64,000 nt of DNA, taken from positions 320,001 through 384,000 of the forward strand of contig CAXHZO010000001.1 in NCBI GenBank assembly GCA_964022095.1, given 5' to 3'. Under the pieces are notes generated by a model. It made no database searches. It worked only from the letters and a program-made list of their open reading frames with translations, and was not told the DNA's origin. Positions 31,069 to 40,199 of this stretch are shown one piece after another (position 1 is the first letter of the stretch; each line of letters opens with the position of its first letter). The position numbers and the translations under genes are program-made. This DNA is from an uncultured Arcobacteraceae bacterium (GTDB lineage Bacteria; Campylobacterota; Campylobacteria; Campylobacterales; Arcobacteraceae).

Positions 31069-31101
31069 AAAATATAAAAGAGACTTTCTCTTTTATATTT
31101 A
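31069..31101. terminator. Bidirectional terminator-like hairpin after trpS
   Basis: AAATATAAAAGAGA..TCTCTTTTATATTT inverted repeat. Confidence 0.7.
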
Positions 31102-31395
31102 TTTATATTTTTTCCAATCAGATGAATAAAACATTCTAATACTTAATATAGTATATAGAAGACAAATAAATATAATATACTCAAATGATAATTCAAATAC
31201 ACTGTAAAAAAATAATGATGGATATATTATTCCAGAAAAAACAATAGCAATTATTTGTGAATAAAGTAACTCTTGCCAAAAAAGTTTAATCTTAAAAATA
31301 TGTGGGAATAATATTCAAAAAAATAATCCTCCTATATAAGAAGGTATTAAAAATATCAAAATCCATATAAATAAAGACAATTCATTATAACTCAT
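31099..31395 (-). pseudogene. 98-codon membrane-protein ORF interrupted by an in-frame TGA
   Basis: MSYNELSLFIWILIFLIPSYIGGLFF*ILFPHIFKIKLFWQELLYSQIIAIVFSGIIYPSLFFYSVFELSFEYIIFICLLYTILSIRMFYSSDWKKYK*; TGA at 31317-31315. Confidence 0.55.
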
Positions 31396-31469
31396 AAAAT
31401 ACTCTTATTTTTAAGATATACAAAGAATACAATAAATTTTATAAGATTATTATTTAGTAAGATTGATAT

Positions 31470-32162
31470 TTATTTCTTACAAACAAATATCAATTTGTCA
31501 GCATCTTCATCACTATGAAGGTTAAAGTCTCTTATTTCTTTTACTTCAAAACCACATTTTTTAAGTACTTTTTCTAAATACTGTTTTGAGTGATACTCTT
31601 GAGTAATACTATCACTCTCTTTTGTAAAAGTTCCATTATCATTTTGTGTAAATAGCGTGAAATCTGTTTGTAGTTTTTCTTCATCAAAGTTTGCATCAAT
31701 ACCTATAAATCTATTTTCTAAATCTATATTAATACACCCTTGAGCAACCATATCAAAACCAAAGTATGAATTAACATCAAATACAAAGTATCCATCAGTA
31801 TTTAAAACCTCATATGTTTCTTTGATAAAATTTTCTAAGTCATTTTTTGAAATATAGTTTAATACATCAAAAATTGCAGTCGCACAATCAAATTTTTGAT
31901 TAACTTCATTTAGTGGTATAGCTTTTGCGTCTAAGCCTTTTTCTTGACAAACTTTTATTTGCTCAATACTTAGGTCCGTTCCAAAAGCTTTTTTGTCATT
32001 TATTTTAAGATTCTCTAAAAAGTACCCTTGTCCACATCCAATATCAATGATATTATCAAGTTCATTTACCATCACAAACTCCATAAACTGTTTGTGTAGT
32101 GAGTAAACCTCATCCTCGAAATCTAAATATGGCTCTATTTTAGAGTATAAATCTAATCCCAT
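31470..32162 (-). CDS. Class I SAM-dependent methyltransferase
   Basis: IIDIGCGQG motif I, FDVLNY, GYFVFDVN. Confidence 0.9.
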   Translation of the reverse strand: MGLDLYSKIEPYLDFEDEVYSLHKQFMEFVMVNELDNIIDIGCGQGYFLENLKINDKKAFGTDLSIEQIKVCQEKGLDAKAIPLNEVNQKFDCATAIFDVLNYISKNDLENFIKETYEVLNTDGYFVFDVNSYFGFDMVAQGCINIDLENRFIGIDANFDEEKLQTDFTLFTQNDNGTFTKESDSITQEYHSKQYLEKVLKKCGFEVKEIRDFNLHSDEDADKLIFVCKK

Positions 32163-32770
32163 TATAAAGTAGCTTCTATCTTTTCTTTTAAATCTAAGAT
32201 TAAATCTTTTTTAGCATAAAATGAGTTTTTATTAGATATTAATTGAGCACTACTTTCCATAATTGTAGGCCCTACTTCAAGACCGTTTTGTTTCATTGTT
32301 TCACCAGTTTCAACAATATCAATAATACAATCAGAAAGGCCAACTAAAGGTGCAAGTTCAATCGATCCATAAAGTTTAATAATCTCAACTGCCATTGCTT
32401 TTTGCTCAAAATATTTTTTAGCAATCTTCTCATGTTTTGTAGCAACAGTGATTTTACTTTTAGTCATATCAAGTTTTTCACCTTTTCTAAGACCAAAAGC
32501 AACTTTACATTTTCCTAATTGCAAATTTAAAAGTTTGATTAAGTCATACTCTTTTTCTTCAAGCACATCTTGTCCTACAACTCCTAGGTCTGCTGCTCCA
32601 TGCATTACATATGTTGGTACATCTTGGTTTCTTACATTTAAAAATCTAAAACCACTTTTTTCTAAAATTAGTTTTCTGTTTTCAAATACAAATTTTTCGC
32701 CAAAGGCTTTCTCAAATTTATCTAAAGTCTCTTCAGCGATTCTACCCTTTGGTAATGCAATCGTTAGCAT
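32162..32770 (-). CDS. hisG: ATP phosphoribosyltransferase, short form
   Basis: LTIALPKGR, GSIELAPLVGLSD.IIDIVETG.T. Confidence 0.95.
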   Translation of the reverse strand: MLTIALPKGRIAEETLDKFEKAFGEKFVFENRKLILEKSGFRFLNVRNQDVPTYVMHGAADLGVVGQDVLEEKEYDLIKLLNLQLGKCKVAFGLRKGEKLDMTKSKITVATKHEKIAKKYFEQKAMAVEIIKLYGSIELAPLVGLSDCIIDIVETGETMKQNGLEVGPTIMESSAQLISNKNSFYAKKDLILDLKEKIEATL

Positions 32771-33374
32771 CAATAATCCTTTTCATGTTCTCAAATATTA
32801 AATCTTTTTTATATATACTATTTTTAAAATACTTATTTAACATCTTTCCATCACCACCGGTGAAGATAATATTTCTATTTTCACTCACTTCTTTTATAGG
32901 TAAAATGATAGATTTCATTATGGCGTATGTAATAGCATCTTTTGTTTGAAGCGGTATTTTATCTAAATTTATTTTTTTTTCAAAATCAAATTTTAGTTTT
33001 TTTGAGATTTTTGGATAAGTTTTCATAAATGCCCTAAATCCAGGCAATATAAACCCACCTTTGTGTTTTGAATTTTCCATAATATCAACAGTAATTGCAC
33101 TTCCAGCATCAACTATCACTGCATCTTTTTCAAAATAACTCCCTATTGCTCTATCTATTCCAAGCCCTACGTATTTTGTTTTAAAATCCATTAGTTTTTT
33201 AATATTTTTTGCTTGGGGATTAATTTGTTTTAATTTTTTTGATGCAGTTTTATTTACTGATACAAAATATAAGTCATCTTCAAACTTTGGCAATTTTTCA
33301 TCTAAAAAATATACTTTATGTTTTCCATTTATAAAAAAGTGGTAAGTACTATTACCAATATCACATAAAATCAA
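32742..33374 (-). CDS. coaX: Type III pantothenate kinase
   Basis: CDIGNS, GLGIDR, VDAGSAITVD, GGFILPG, TGGDG. Confidence 0.93.
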   Translation of the reverse strand: MILCDIGNSTYHFFINGKHKVYFLDEKLPKFEDDLYFVSVNKTASKKLKQINPQAKNIKKLMDFKTKYVGLGIDRAIGSYFEKDAVIVDAGSAITVDIMENSKHKGGFILPGFRAFMKTYPKISKKLKFDFEKKINLDKIPLQTKDAITYAIMKSIILPIKEVSENRNIIFTGGDGKMLNKYFKNSIYKKDLIFENMKRIIDANDCITKG

Positions 33375-33693
33375 CTCTTACACTCCAACCATTTTCTTTT
33401 AAAAATGCTTTTGCTTTACTACACAGTGGACTTGAAACTAGTAACTCTTTTTTCTTAAAATTATGATCTTCAAAATCTGCTAATTTTCCACAAAGTTCTA
33501 TTAAATCATTAGCATTTTTTCTAATAAATCTACTTTTAGCATCAACTATAAAAATTGCATAGTAGTTCTTTTCTATACTAGTAGCACTATAAATACCTAT
33601 TTTTTTTCTACTTCCCAATTCTTTTGGTGTAACTTCTTTAATATCTTTAAATAATATATTTTTATCATTAAAATATTTTGTTAAATCTTTCAA
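33361..33693 (-). CDS. Hypothetical protein
   Basis: 110-aa ORF overlapping coaX, TTG start. Confidence 0.75.
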   Translation of the reverse strand: MKDLTKYFNDKNILFKDIKEVTPKELGSRKKIGIYSATSIEKNYYAIFIVDAKSRFIRKNANDLIELCGKLADFEDHNFKKKELLVSSPLCSKAKAFLKENGWSVRVDFM

Positions 33694-33819
33694 AACTTTC
33701 CTTTATTAATCGCAATTATAACTAAATTAGACTTTTTCATAGATTCAATGAAAATATCATAAGTTTGACACACTTATTTAGATATAATAATATTAAATTA
33801 ATATAAATAATAAAGTAAA

Positions 33820-34593
33820 ATGCAAGAAATAACCTACAAAGAACAATCAAAAATAACAAGATCAATAATCAAAGCAGCAGTACTTATGTTAGAGTTTGGT
33901 GCAGAAAGTATACTAATAGAGCAAACTGCCCAAAGATTAGGGAAAGCCTTAGGAGTTGATTCTGTTGAAGTATCTTTAATTCCATCAGCAATAGTTTTAA
34001 CTACACTTTATGATGGACAATCAGCAACTACAACTAGAAGTGTTCACCATAAACCAATTAACATGTCAATAGTTTGTGATGTACAACAAATGGTAATTGA
34101 AGTAGAAAAAAATAAATATGATTCATCATGGGTTACAACTCACATGAAAGAGATTCAACCAAACTATTATAATAGATGGATTGTAATACTTATGGTAGGA
34201 CTTGCTTGTGCATCATTTTCTTATCTTTATGGAGCTGATATTTGGGCATTTGCCATCACTTTTATAAGTGCTTGTATTGCAATGTTTATTAGACAAGAAC
34301 TTACAAAAAAAAGATTTATGATGATTATTACCTTTGGGATAACTGCATTTATAGCAACCCTACTTTCTAGTATATCTTTACTTTTTAATTTAACTTCAAC
34401 ACCTAATGTAGTTTTTGCAGCAAGTGTACTTTTACTTGTTCCTGGATTTCCCTTTGTAACATCATTTTTAGATGGATTCAAAGGTTATTTAAGTATGGCT
34501 TGGGGAAGATGGCTTCAAGCTTCACTTCTTACTATCGCTACTTGTATGGGTATCGTTTTAGCCCTTTCTGTATTAAATATAAAAGGGTGGTAA
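33820..34593 (+). CDS. ThrE/YjjP family exporter subunit
   Basis: LEFGAES, VLLLVPGFP motif, C-terminal TMs. Confidence 0.88.
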   Translation: MQEITYKEQSKITRSIIKAAVLMLEFGAESILIEQTAQRLGKALGVDSVEVSLIPSAIVLTTLYDGQSATTTRSVHHKPINMSIVCDVQQMVIEVEKNKYDSSWVTTHMKEIQPNYYNRWIVILMVGLACASFSYLYGADIWAFAITFISACIAMFIRQELTKKRFMMIITFGITAFIATLLSSISLLFNLTSTPNVVFAASVLLLVPGFPFVTSFLDGFKGYLSMAWGRWLQASLLTIATCMGIVLALSVLNIKGW

Positions 34594-35057
34594 TGAGTAT
34601 TTTAGATATTTTTATAAATTCAATGTTTGCTTCAATTGCATCAACTGGATTTGCAATGCTTTTTAATGTACCAAAACATGCTTTAGGATTTTGTGCATTT
34701 GGTGGAGCTATTACTTATCTTATAAAAGATACAGGAATGGATTTTGGATTATCAATTGAACTTTCAACTTTTATTGCTTCAACTTTTATTGGTATTATTG
34801 CTTTAAGATGGTCAAAAAAGTTTTTAATTCCAAGACCAGTTTATACTGTTGCATCAATTATTCCTATGATACCTGGAACTTATGCCTTTACAGCAATGAT
34901 AACTTTAGTTGATATGAACTCACATGGAGTAACACCTGAATTAATTACAATCTTTGTAGAAAATGCATTAAAAGCTATATCAATTTTAGGAGCAATTAGT
35001 TTTGGTTTGGCCTTAACTTCATTATATTATTTAAGATTAAACAGGCCAGTTATTTAA
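34593..35057 (+). CDS. YjjB/ThrE_2 family exporter subunit
   Basis: GFAMLFNVP, IIPMIPG; TAATG coupling to the upstream gene. Confidence 0.88.
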   Translation: MSILDIFINSMFASIASTGFAMLFNVPKHALGFCAFGGAITYLIKDTGMDFGLSIELSTFIASTFIGIIALRWSKKFLIPRPVYTVASIIPMIPGTYAFTAMITLVDMNSHGVTPELITIFVENALKAISILGAISFGLALTSLYYLRLNRPVI

Positions 35058-35059
35058 AT

Positions 35060-36016
35060 CTAGTCTGATTTAACAAGAAAATAAAGCCCAGTAAAAGTAA
35101 CTGCGATTCCAATAATTCCTATACTATTTGGGAATAATCCACTTAAAAATATTACTTCAGCAAAAAGAGTAAATATTACTTCTAAAGATTGTGCAGAATC
35201 AACAACCATAATCTTTGTTGAAGTATTTGCTTTATTTCTTGCATATAAAAAAAGTGAAGTTGCAAAAACCCCTGAAAATAAAGAAATTATTGCAATATTA
35301 GATACTTGATAAACAGTAACAGGAGCTTTTTCAGCAAAGAAAAAAAGTACAATCCATAAAGGAGTACTTCCAAGTACTAATAAAAAAGCTTTTACTAAGC
35401 CATTATTTAAAATATCAAGATTTTCGCCTTTTTCAATTCGTTTTTTCTTCTTTTCCCAAACTAATTGATTACCAAAAGGATAACAAAAAGCAGCTATTAA
35501 AACAGGGAAAAAGCCTAATATAAAAGCGTCTAAATTATCAAAATCAAAGTGACTAAAGTTTACCAATGTAACCCCAGAAAAAATTAAAACACTATAAATC
35601 CAAATTTTCTTACTTAGTTTTTGTCCAAATATCCATAAAACAAAAAGTGAGCAGATAATAGTGATTTGCCAAGTTGTGGCAATAATCCATCCAGGAGAGT
35701 AATCAGCTGAGTAGCAAAGTAAAAAATAGAAAAAACCAAAACCAATAGTTCCAGCAATAAGCCAAAACTTTAAATTTGAGAAGAATTCATTTATAACAGA
35801 TTTATAATATTTGAAACCATTAAATACAATAATAAAAATACTTAAAAAAAGAACGGTAAAAACATATCTAATACTAGCAGCCCAATACCAAGAGATTCCA
35901 TCTAAAGAGTTAGCTCTATTTAATGCAAAAGTAAAACTAAAAAAAAGTGCTGCTAAAATCCCAACAAAAAGTAAGAAAACTGTATTTTGATTATATTTTT
36001 CTAAAAATAGTTTCAT
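35060..36016 (-). CDS. DMT superfamily putative efflux transporter (YjlA-like)
   Basis: FFSFTFALNR, GTIGFGFFY, YPFGNQL; about 10 TMs. Confidence 0.82.
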   Translation of the reverse strand: MKLFLEKYNQNTVFLLFVGILAALFFSFTFALNRANSLDGISWYWAASIRYVFTVLFLSIFIIVFNGFKYYKSVINEFFSNLKFWLIAGTIGFGFFYFLLCYSADYSPGWIIATTWQITIICSLFVLWIFGQKLSKKIWIYSVLIFSGVTLVNFSHFDFDNLDAFILGFFPVLIAAFCYPFGNQLVWEKKKKRIEKGENLDILNNGLVKAFLLVLGSTPLWIVLFFFAEKAPVTVYQVSNIAIISLFSGVFATSLFLYARNKANTSTKIMVVDSAQSLEVIFTLFAEVIFLSGLFPNSIGIIGIAVTFTGLYFLVKSD

Positions 36017-36085
36017 GAATGATTCCTTTGGGCGCAATTATAATTAAAAAGTATTAATATTATTTAAAGTAAAGAGTAAAGAGTT

Positions 36086-36169
36086 TTATACACTAGTGAA
36101 CAGGCATACATTTGAAGTATTGACAAGGAGTTGGGTTGTAGGAAAGTATACCTGCTCACTAATATATAA
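36086..36169 (-). ncRNA. Long hairpin with anti-SD loop (element 3), just past the porin terminator
   Basis: 24-bp stem 36086-36109/36146-36169; all four mismatches are G-U on the - strand; 36-nt loop with ACTCCTT. Confidence 0.6.
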
Positions 36170-36172
36170 TCT

Positions 36173-36194
36173 AAAAAAGGCCGAAGCCTTTTTT
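36173..36194 (-). terminator. Intrinsic terminator of the porin gene
   Basis: - strand AAAAAAGGC-TTCG-GCCTTTTTT with a C(UUCG)G tetraloop. Confidence 0.85.
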
Positions 36195-36199
36195 ATTGA

Positions 36200-37363
36200 T
36201 TAGAATTTATATGAAACATATAATCTTGATCTATAACTTTCAGTATCAATATTATCGTAAGTCGCTAATACAAATTTTGTAGATAAGTTCTCATTAAATT
36301 TGTAATTTGCAATATAATCTGTTTCAGATTTTCTTTCATCACTTCCTGTTTTCCATGCTGCATATATTAAGTTTAATGATAAATCACTATTAACTGCATA
36401 TCCAGCAGATAATTTATACGCATCAGTGTCAGCAGAATAAACTCCACCATAAATATCAGACCATGTGTAAAGGTAATCTGCACCATTCCCTAATCCTGCA
36501 ACTACATCACCTTCATCATCAATTGTAGAGTATGCTGCACCTAAAGATAATGCATCAAAATTAGCTGTTAAATTAACTGCATATGCTTTACCATCAGAGT
36601 CAGTAGCTTCACCATTATCAGTTTGGAATGTTTGTGCTTCAATAGTAAATGGATTTAAGTTATAAGCTGCTGCTGCATAAAATGCTTTTACATCATCACC
36701 AGTTGATGACATCTCATTAATTTGTGCATATTGAGCTTCTAAAGTTAAATTTTCAACAGAGTTATTTTTAACATATAATGTATATGCTCCATCTGCAACT
36801 TGCTCAAATCCAGATACTGCTTTTACATCACTTCCACCAGAAGCTACATCAGTTCTATATTGATATTTGTCAACATATGCTGCAACTAATGTTGTATTTG
36901 GTAAATCAGTATTAGCTAAAACAACACCCTCAAAAGATTCTCTAAAAATTCTAGAACCAGATCCAGCTACTAATGGAGTAGAAATAAATTGTCTACCAAC
37001 TTTAACAGATGTATTACCAGTAGCGTATCCTAAATATACTTGAGATGCAACAGCACCTGAAACATTTTGGTCACTATTGTATGCAGTTGGTGCATCATCT
37101 AAATCATCAGCAGTTACAGTTGCTGCTTGAAAAGTTACTCCTGCATTAAAACCATAAAATGAACCAGTTTCATAAGATAAGTTTCCACCATTAGTCCAAA
37201 TACTTACTTTTTTATCTGATACTTCTTTTTGGAAATATTGAGATTTAATCTCTCCACTTACTTTACCTTCTGCAAATGCTTCTGATAAAGTATCTGCACT
37301 GAACGCTTGAGTTGAGATTAGAGCTAATGTAGCTACTAAACTTAATTTTTTGATTTTTTTCAT
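36200..37363 (-). CDS. Outer membrane porin (OprD/MOMP-like)
   Basis: Signal peptide ending AFSA, VKVGRQ...TPL, terminal RLYVSYKF. Confidence 0.88.
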   Translation of the reverse strand: MKKIKKLSLVATLALISTQAFSADTLSEAFAEGKVSGEIKSQYFQKEVSDKKVSIWTNGGNLSYETGSFYGFNAGVTFQAATVTADDLDDAPTAYNSDQNVSGAVASQVYLGYATGNTSVKVGRQFISTPLVAGSGSRIFRESFEGVVLANTDLPNTTLVAAYVDKYQYRTDVASGGSDVKAVSGFEQVADGAYTLYVKNNSVENLTLEAQYAQINEMSSTGDDVKAFYAAAAYNLNPFTIEAQTFQTDNGEATDSDGKAYAVNLTANFDALSLGAAYSTIDDEGDVVAGLGNGADYLYTWSDIYGGVYSADTDAYKLSAGYAVNSDLSLNLIYAAWKTGSDERKSETDYIANYKFNENLSTKFVLATYDNIDTESYRSRLYVSYKF

Positions 37364-37436
37364 GTTTATCCTTTTTTTACAAATGACAAAAACAATTAAA
37401 GAAATTTATACTTAATTGTTTCAACAAAACTTTCCT

Positions 37437-37526
37437 AATATTCACTGGTCAATAGGCATAACTGTTTTAATATTTGGGAGAACAAATGATTTTATAGCAT
37501 GCTTCTCCTACTCACCAATAAATACT
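37437..37526 (-). ncRNA. Long hairpin with UUCUCCC loop (element 4)
   Basis: Arms 37437-37456/37507-37526; G-U pairs only on the - strand, one G/G mismatch; GGGAG on + at 37476-37480. Confidence 0.45.
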
Positions 37527-37539
37527 TCTCTTTTTTAAT

Positions 37540-39237
37540 CTATTTTTTTTCAAATATCCTTCGTTCAAATAAAGCATCCATATCATCATGGATTTTTGAG
37601 TCTTTATCTAAAAAGATTAATTTATCTTTATTTAACTGTTTTACATTTTTTAAACCCATAACTGCTAATAAACTTTTCATACTTTTTAGCAAATTATTAT
37701 GGTAATTTTTTATATAATCAGAGTGTTTTTTTACAAAATAGTGCTTTCTCTTTTTTATATCTTGTGTTGCAAGACCAACTGGGCATTGATGCTTTGTAGA
37801 ACCAGAGCAGTATCTTGCTCTAATACACCCTGCACTCATCATAAAACCTCTAGCAATTTGTACAAAATCAGCACCTAAACTTAAAATAATTACAATATCA
37901 TCAGGCGTCAAAATTTTACCACTTGCACTTATTTTCACTAAATCTCTAATCTCATAATCTTTTAATACTTTATCAACTAAATAAACAGCATCTCTAATAT
38001 CCATACCAATTCTTTCCATCATATCAAGTGGAGCTGTAGCACTTCCACCACTACCTCCATCTATAGATATATAATCAGGATAAGGTAAGTTCAAGGTTGC
38101 TCTTCTTTTTATCTCTTTTGCAATAGGAACAATATTGTCATAATCTGATATAACTATTTTAATGCCAACTGGTTTTTTTGATTCCTCTTGTAATGTTCCA
38201 ATAAAATCAAATAACTCTTCTAAACTGTTTGCATATGGAAACCTGTTTGGAGAAAATGCATCTTTGTATGCTTCAATATTTCTATAATATGCAATTGATG
38301 GTGTTACTTTTTTTGCAATTAACTTTCCACCTGTTTGTTTTGCACCTTGAGCAATTTTTATTTCTGTCATTTTACAAAAGCTCATTTGTTTTTTATATCT
38401 TTGAATATCAAACTTACCATCTTTAGTTCTTACACCATAAAAACCTGAACTTATTTGTAAAATAATATCAGGCATATCAGCAGGAACTTCTTTAGGGAAA
38501 GCCTCAATTGGTGCATCCCAGTTTGGTCTATAAAAACATTCATTTTGCTTATTAAAGACATATGTATCTGCTAAAGGATCTTTTCTAAATACTAGTTTTC
38601 TATAAAAATCAACTGCAACTGGAAAGTTAAAGAAAAACTTTGAAAGAGCAAAAACTTTTTGTTCAAATTTATTTCCTTTTACTTGCGTTATATATGCTTT
38701 ATCATAATCATTATGTGTAACGAAAAAGTTTGAAGTTAATCCACCTTCTCCACTATTTATAGGAAATTTAGCCATTTGTGAGCCTTGAACAAATGCTCTT
38801 GTTCCTTCTGGGGAAATAGACCCATCACTCATAGGAGCTCTAGCTATTATTGAAGATGTTACAAAAGGTTTTTCTCTATCTTGTCCAAATACAATTGAAA
38901 AATCATTTTCTACTTCATCATCATTTAAAACAATATTTGTATGTCTTAACATAAATTTTGGTTTAGGAAGAGGTTGGCCAGGAGAGAAAGATGAAAAATT
39001 TACTTTATCCCTTGATGCACTATAAACCCAATCAAGTTTATCCATTGATTCATAGAATTTTTCATCACCAAAGTATTGTCTAAAAGGTTCTCTAAACTCT
39101 TGAAAAACAAATCTTAATCTTCCAATAATTGGATAATTAACTAAAATTTGATGCTTTCTTTGAACATACTTATCATGTACATACCAAGCAACCATCACAA
39201 TTATAAAAAATAAGAATACAAATATCCCAGCTGTCAT
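37540..39237 (-). CDS. FMN-binding glutamate synthase family protein (YerD-like)
   Basis: N-terminal TM, NYPIIGRLR, NSGEGG, EIKIAQGAK, DGGSGGS, CIRARYC...CPVGLATQD. Confidence 0.9.
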   Translation of the reverse strand: MTAGIFVFLFFIIVMVAWYVHDKYVQRKHQILVNYPIIGRLRFVFQEFREPFRQYFGDEKFYESMDKLDWVYSASRDKVNFSSFSPGQPLPKPKFMLRHTNIVLNDDEVENDFSIVFGQDREKPFVTSSIIARAPMSDGSISPEGTRAFVQGSQMAKFPINSGEGGLTSNFFVTHNDYDKAYITQVKGNKFEQKVFALSKFFFNFPVAVDFYRKLVFRKDPLADTYVFNKQNECFYRPNWDAPIEAFPKEVPADMPDIILQISSGFYGVRTKDGKFDIQRYKKQMSFCKMTEIKIAQGAKQTGGKLIAKKVTPSIAYYRNIEAYKDAFSPNRFPYANSLEELFDFIGTLQEESKKPVGIKIVISDYDNIVPIAKEIKRRATLNLPYPDYISIDGGSGGSATAPLDMMERIGMDIRDAVYLVDKVLKDYEIRDLVKISASGKILTPDDIVIILSLGADFVQIARGFMMSAGCIRARYCSGSTKHQCPVGLATQDIKKRKHYFVKKHSDYIKNYHNNLLKSMKSLLAVMGLKNVKQLNKDKLIFLDKDSKIHDDMDALFERRIFEKK

Positions 39238-39299
39238 TTTTAATCCTAGTTTATTTTATATAAAATCATATCAATAAAAAGTGTCTAAAAAGTAGTCAT

Positions 39300-40166
39300 T
39301 TAAAAACTATTAATTAAACCTGCAATTACGACACAAAAAAGACCTACTATATAAGCTGTTTGAAGAGGTTCATTAAAAAACATGATCAAGTAAACAGCTG
39401 ATATAATGGGCGTTAAAAATATAAATGGTGCTAAAAAAGATGCTTGAGTTAACCTCAATGCATTTATCCAAAATAGATATGAAAACCCATTAATTAAAAC
39501 ACCATTTAATACTACTGGTAAAAGTTCATTTGTTGTTGGTAATAAAAAAGAAGAAAAGTAGTTCATTGAAAAAAATGAAGCCACTGTAGCACTTAAAAAA
39601 TATATACTAATTGCACTAATTGGTTCATACTTAACTTTTTTTCCTAAAATAGAAAAAAGAGCAAAAGAGCTTGCACCTAAAAATACTAAAAAGATTACAT
39701 AAGGATTATCTAAATAAACTTTAGAAAAATCACCTTTTGTTAAAACAAAAATTACACCAATAAAACCAATAATAATTGATAATACTTTTTGTAAAGTTAA
39801 TTTCTCATTTAAAACTAATAAAGATAAAAAAACTATAGATATAGGCCATGTATATTGTATAACTAAAACCTCTAAACCTTTAGCTTCTTTATATCCTAAA
39901 TACAAAAAAAGATAGTATATATATGTTCCAAGTAAACCTAAAACAATTAATATAAGCCAATCTTTTAGTTTGTACTGTTTAAAAATTGCTATTTTCTTTT
40001 TTATTAATGCTGTACTAAACAAGCAAATAAACGATATCAAACTAGACCAAAACAAAAATTGATGATTATCCATATTTACTTGTGCAAGTTTTGCAACTAC
40101 AGGAATCATAGCCCATAAAATCACACAAATAAATACTAATAAAATTGCTTTTGTTCTATTTGACAA
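39300..40166 (-). CDS. EamA/DMT family transporter
   Basis: About 10 TMs, IQYTWP, duplicated EamA pattern. Confidence 0.88.
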   Translation of the reverse strand: MSNRTKAILLVFICVILWAMIPVVAKLAQVNMDNHQFLFWSSLISFICLFSTALIKKKIAIFKQYKLKDWLILIVLGLLGTYIYYLFLYLGYKEAKGLEVLVIQYTWPISIVFLSLLVLNEKLTLQKVLSIIIGFIGVIFVLTKGDFSKVYLDNPYVIFLVFLGASSFALFSILGKKVKYEPISAISIYFLSATVASFFSMNYFSSFLLPTTNELLPVVLNGVLINGFSYLFWINALRLTQASFLAPFIFLTPIISAVYLIMFFNEPLQTAYIVGLFCVVIAGLINSF

Positions 40167-40199
40167 AAAACTACCTTTAAAATAAGAAGTTAAACCTTC

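Noticed and set aside
31315-31317. In-frame TGA as selenocysteine
   Set aside because: Lies in a hydrophobic TM-like stretch with no redox motif and no evident SECIS hairpin downstream; Trp nonsense mutation or sequencing error is simpler
37499-37705. 68-aa + strand ORF near element 4
   Set aside because: Mostly antisense to the glutamate-synthase-like gene, low complexity
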